NCBI GenBank assembly: GCA_963790475.1 | Contig: CAWBOS010000010.1 | Span: 1,376,001-1,440,000 of the forward strand | Direction of reading: 5' to 3' | Source of the DNA: an uncultured delta proteobacterium | Lineage (GTDB): Bacteria > Desulfobacterota > RBG-13-43-22 | Length of the DNA stretch: 64,000 nucleotides | In this document: piece by piece, positions 59,929-64,000 of the stretch | Position numbering within the stretch: position 1 is the first letter of the stretch | Layout: every line of letters begins with the position of its first letter | Notes under the pieces: model-generated | Told to the model about the DNA's origin: nothing | Seen by the model: only the letters and a program-made list of their open reading frames with translations | Database searches by the model: none | Position numbers and translations under genes: made by a program

Positions 59929-62190
59929 ATGGCAACGCAACCTGAAGAAAAAAATAAAGAATTGGAACAGACGGCCCTGTCGGTGGGCGGGATGAGTTGT
60001 GCGGCCTGCGTAGTCCGGGTGGAAAAAGCCCTGGGAGGCCTGGAAGGGGTGGAACAGGCGGCCGTAAATTTTGCCACCGAAAAGGCCCAGGTGACTTACG
60101 ATCCGAAAAAGGTCGATCTGGAAAAATTTCGGCAGGCCATTGAAGAGGCTGGGTACCAGTTTCGCGGCCTGGCCCGGCCCGAACTCCGGGACCGGGAACG
60201 GGAGGAACGGGAACGAGAACTGGCCCTCCTGAAAAAAAAATTTATTTTCAGTGTGATTTTCGGGATCCTGATCATGGTCCTTTCCATGCCTCACTATATC
60301 CCCTATCTCCGTGAGGTCCCCCATGAGATCCTGTTCTATATCCTTTTTGTCCTGACCACTCCGGTCCAGTTCTGGGCCGGAAAGCAGTTCCTGACCGGGG
60401 CCTGGGGTGCAGCCCGACACGGCAGTGCCGATATGAATACCCTGATTGCCGTAGGGACCTTATCCGCCTATGTCTATTCTTCGGTGGTCACTTTTTTCCC
60501 TTCCTTTTTCCATCACAGCGGCTTGAAGGTTGATATCTATTTCGACAGCGCGGCCATGATCATTGCCTTGATCTTGTTGGGGCGATTACTGGAGGCCCGG
60601 GCTAAAGGCCAGACCTCCGAGGCCATACGCAAATTGATAGGACTGGCTCCGAAGACGGCCAGGGTCATCAGGGACAATCAAGAACTGGATGTCCCCGTGG
60701 AGGAAGTGCGAAAAGGAGATCTCATTGTAGTCCGCCCGGGAGAGAAGATCCCGGTAGACGGTCGGATCAAAGAAGGCCATTCAGCTGTTGATGAATCCAT
60801 GATCACCGGGGAAAGCCTGCCGGCAGATAAAAATCCGGGAGACGAGGTGATCGGGGCCACCCTGAACAAGAGTGGAAGTTTTGTTTTTGAAGCGACCCGG
60901 GTCGGTGAAGAAACGGCCCTGGCTCAAATCATTCTCCTGGTGGAACAGGCCCAAGGGAGCAAAGCCCCTATTCAGCGGCTGGCCGATCAGGTGGCCGGTG
61001 TTTTCGTGCCCATCGTCATGGGAATCGCCCTGTTGACCTTTATCATCTGGTATTTTTGGGGTCCTCCTCCAGCCCTGACCTTCGCCTTACTCAATTTTGT
61101 AGCGGTAATGATTATTGCCTGTCCCTGCGCTCTGGGTCTGGCCACCCCGACGGCTATCATGGTTGGAACCGGCAAAGGGGCGGAAAACGGCATCCTGATC
61201 AAAGGCGGAGAAACTTTGGAATCGATTCATAAACTAACTACCATCGTCTTTGATAAAACCGGAACATTGACTAAAGGGGAACTGGCGGTCACCGACATTG
61301 TTTCCTCAAAGGAAATCGAGACCAAAAAGGTCCTGACCTTAGCCGCTTCGGTGGAAAGAAATTCCGAACATCCCCTTGGGGAAGCCGTGGTCCGAAAGGC
61401 CAAAGAACAAGGACTGGACCTGGCGGGGGTGGAGGATTTCGAGGCCCTTTCCGGACAGGGGGTCAGGGCCAAACTGGACGGACAGGAAATACTGATCGGC
61501 AACAAACGACTCATGGAATCCCGGGGTCTGGATTTGACCCCTGTTCAAGTCTCGGCCGAAGTCTTGGCCGAACAGGGAAAGACCCTGATGTTTGTGGCCC
61601 AGGGCAGAGAAATTATCGGGCTCATGGCCTTGGCCGATACTCTGCGGGAACATTCCCTGGAAGCGGTAGCTGAATTGAAAAGGTTGGGCCTGGAAGTGGT
61701 CATGCTCACCGGAGACAATCAGCAAACGGCCCGGGCCATCGGGCGACAGCTTCACTTAGACCGGGTCATCGCCGAAGTGCTGCCCCAGGACAAGACCGAA
61801 CAGATCAGGAGACTTCAAGCGGAGGGGAAAAAAGTGGCCATGGTGGGAGATGGGATCAACGATGCCCCGGCCCTGGCCCAGGCTGATGTGGGCATCGCCA
61901 TCGGCACGGGAACGGATGTGGCCATGGAGGCCTCGGATATCACCCTGATCCGTGATGATCTGCGGACTATCCTGACGGCTATCAAGCTGTCCAGGAAGAC
62001 CATTCGGACCATAAGGCAGAACCTCTTCTGGGCCTTTTTTTATAATGTCCTGGGCATCCCCATTGCCGCCGGCGTCCTCTACCCTTTTTGGGGGATATTG
62101 CTCAACCCGATCCTGGCCTCGGGGGCCATGGCCTTCAGTTCGGTTTCCGTGGTGAGCAATTCCCTGCGTTTGCGACGATTTAAGATTTAG
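59929..62190 (+). CDS. copA: Cu(I)-translocating P1B-type ATPase
   Basis: [31 protein letters not shown]. Confidence 0.95.
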   Translation: MATQPEEKNKELEQTALSVGGMSCAACVVRVEKALGGLEGVEQAAVNFATEKAQVTYDPKKVDLEKFRQAIEEAGYQFRGLARPELRDREREERERELALLKKKFIFSVIFGILIMVLSMPHYIPYLREVPHEILFYILFVLTTPVQFWAGKQFLTGAWGAARHGSADMNTLIAVGTLSAYVYSSVVTFFPSFFHHSGLKVDIYFDSAAMIIALILLGRLLEARAKGQTSEAIRKLIGLAPKTARVIRDNQELDVPVEEVRKGDLIVVRPGEKIPVDGRIKEGHSAVDESMITGESLPADKNPGDEVIGATLNKSGSFVFEATRVGEETALAQIILLVEQAQGSKAPIQRLADQVAGVFVPIVMGIALLTFIIWYFWGPPPALTFALLNFVAVMIIACPCALGLATPTAIMVGTGKGAENGILIKGGETLESIHKLTTIVFDKTGTLTKGELAVTDIVSSKEIETKKVLTLAASVERNSEHPLGEAVVRKAKEQGLDLAGVEDFEALSGQGVRAKLDGQEILIGNKRLMESRGLDLTPVQVSAEVLAEQGKTLMFVAQGREIIGLMALADTLREHSLEAVAELKRLGLEVVMLTGDNQQTARAIGRQLHLDRVIAEVLPQDKTEQIRRLQAEGKKVAMVGDGINDAPALAQADVGIAIGTGTDVAMEASDITLIRDDLRTILTAIKLSRKTIRTIRQNLFWAFFYNVLGIPIAAGVLYPFWGILLNPILASGAMAFSSVSVVSNSLRLRRFKI

Positions 62191-62199
62191 GCCTTGGGA

Positions 62200-63957
62200 T
62201 TAGAATAGTATTCTCAATTGAGTATTTTTCTTTTTCCCTTGTTTTTCCAGGTACATATTTTTATCCGCTTGGGATAATAAGGTCTCAATGGACAGCGGCT
62301 GTTCCGGGTCATAGGCTACCGCTCCCATACTCAACGATAACCGATACTTGCGGTCCGATTCCATAGTATTATAAAGATCAAGTGTATTTCGTAGTCTTTC
62401 CAGGAGCAGGTCCGGACCTGCTTCCGAGGCCCCCTCGATGGCCAGGATCACAAATTCATCCCCTCCGATACGGGCAATGATATCCGGATCACGGAAATTC
62501 TCTTTTACAATGTGGGCGATCTCGATTAAAGCCCGATCCCCTTCCAAATGTCCGAAGGTATCATTGATCGTTTTTAGATCATCCAAGTCGGCAAACAGCA
62601 GTGAAACCCCTCGCTGCATCCGATTGGCAATCTTTAGTTCCTGCTCAGCCAGAGCCAAAAATCCTCTCCGGTTATAAAGCCCGGTAAGGTCATCGACTAA
62701 AGACATGGTCCTCAAGGCCTCCTCGGCCCGTTTTCGATCGGTAATATCCCTGACGATGACCTGCAAAAAATATTCCCCGCCGATTTGGATTCGATTGATA
62801 TTCACCTCAGCATTAAAGGGTGTCCCGTCCAGGCAGCAATGAGTCCATTCAAAAGTCTGCGGTTCTCCCCTCAGGGCGGCCCTGATTTTTTCCAAGCCCT
62901 TTTCCTTCGACTCCCGACCGTCCGGCTGATAAGGCGGGGAAAACTCAAAGGGGCCCTTTCCTATAATTTCCTCCCGTGAACAACCGAACATCTCCAGGGA
63001 GTGGGAATTGCAATCCACAAACTGGTTCTGGGTTATCAAAAAAATGGCTACCTGGGTGGCATTGAACAAGGTTCGATATTTGACCTCACTTTCTATCAGG
63101 GCCTTTTCCGTCCTCTTGCGCTCGCTCACATCCCTGGCAATTCCCTTAAACCCAATAGGTCTTCCGGCCGAATCCTTCCGTAAGGATATAGAAACTTCGA
63201 TCTGTTTTTTAGATCCATCTTTTCTTGTTATTTCCTGATTAAAGCCTTCGGCCGGTGATCCGGTCTTATAGACCTGATTGAAGATATCGAAGGATCTTTT
63301 AATTTCTGGAACTTCTGTTATGTTTTTATAGTTCATCCCCTGCAGTTCCTCCCTGGTCATGCCCAGGATATTGCAGAAAGCGTCATTGGAAAAAACATAG
63401 TTCCCTTTCAAATCAATTTCTTAATATCCTTCTTGAATGCTCTCCAGGATGCTCCGGTATTTTTCTTCCGATTCTTTCAAGGCCGCCTGGGCCTGTTTCT
63501 GGAGGGTGATATCCCGGAGAATCCCTCGAAAGCCGATCTTTTGCTGGTTGGAATCCAGCATTAAGGAGACTGAGGTCTCCACCCAAACTTTTTCCCCGTT
63601 TCCTTTAACCACCTCATACTCAAATCCTTTGTGAGGCTCACCGGTTCGGTAAACCTTATTGAAGATTTCAAATACCCTTCTTGCATTTTCCGGATCCATA
63701 TAGTCCCGATAATTGATTCCTATCCGCTCTCCCCGAGTATTTCCGAAAATGCGGTCATTGGCGTCGTTGCTGAAAAGCATGTTACCGGCAAGATCGACTT
63801 CAAAATACCCATCTTCCATGCTGGCCAGGATGGAGCGATAACGTTCTTCGGATTGCCGAAGGGATTCCTCGGAGAGTTTCCGATTTTTAGTTTCGGTTTC
63901 CAATTCTGATTTTTTTCTGATTCCGGTAAAGAAAGGAAATAATCGAAAGATATTCAA
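62200..63957 (-). pseudogene. Triple-PAS GGDEF diguanylate cyclase split by an in-frame TAA at 63421
   Basis: EGY*EIDLKG continues in frame into PAS2, paralleling DGYFEVDLAG in PAS1. RIGGDEF is intact. Confidence 0.8.
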
Positions 63958-64000
63958 AGGGCTGTCCTCCCTTTAAATGTAAAAAGCATGCGGTGTGCTG

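Noticed and set aside
63421-63423. Recoded stop (Sec/Pyl) in the PAS-GGDEF gene
   Set aside because: The codon is TAA at a position where the paralogous PAS has an aromatic residue, so recoding is implausible.
7375-63909. Numerous antisense and overlapping ORFs in the track (for example 7375..8070, 21263..22054, 27466..28221, 28859..29719)
   Set aside because: They are shadow frames of well-supported genes with no motifs of their own.
1-64000. CRISPR array, tRNA, rRNA, integrase or prophage genes
   Set aside because: No regularly spaced repeat-spacer units, RNA gene signatures, recombinase motifs or phage structural genes were recognised.

Overview
Bacterial chromosomal segment of roughly 50% GC. 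Gene content and repeat families suggest an anaerobic deltaproteobacterium (Desulfobacterota-like); this is inference. The left end (1-8 kb) is an accessory/defence-like patch: two nuclease-like genes bounded by attC-like sites with no integrase in the window, three antitoxins without intact toxins, nested MITEs and a WYL regulator. From 8-46 kb lies an inorganic-ion homeostasis island: phoBR, two complete pstSCAB sets, phoU, a Pho-box-linked porin, two Zn/Mn-type ABC importers with zur and a RAPP-type leader ORF, and a sigma54-linked Kdp potassium module with KdpD split into pieces and fused to a PTS EIIA domain. At 46.8-54.1 kb is the most striking unit, an apparent operon with a Cyc2-like fused cytochrome-porin, an amicyanin-type cupredoxin, a Rieske protein, cytochrome b, an 8-haem cytochrome c and a monohaem cytochrome c, which could form a cell-surface-to-quinone-pool electron conduit. 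The right end has a c-di-AMP (ydaO-type) riboswitch ahead of an APC transporter, der/engA, copA and a PAS-GGDEF gene. Several single-base frameshifts, most in short homopolymers, may be assembly errors. All calls come from motif recognition; no database searches were run.
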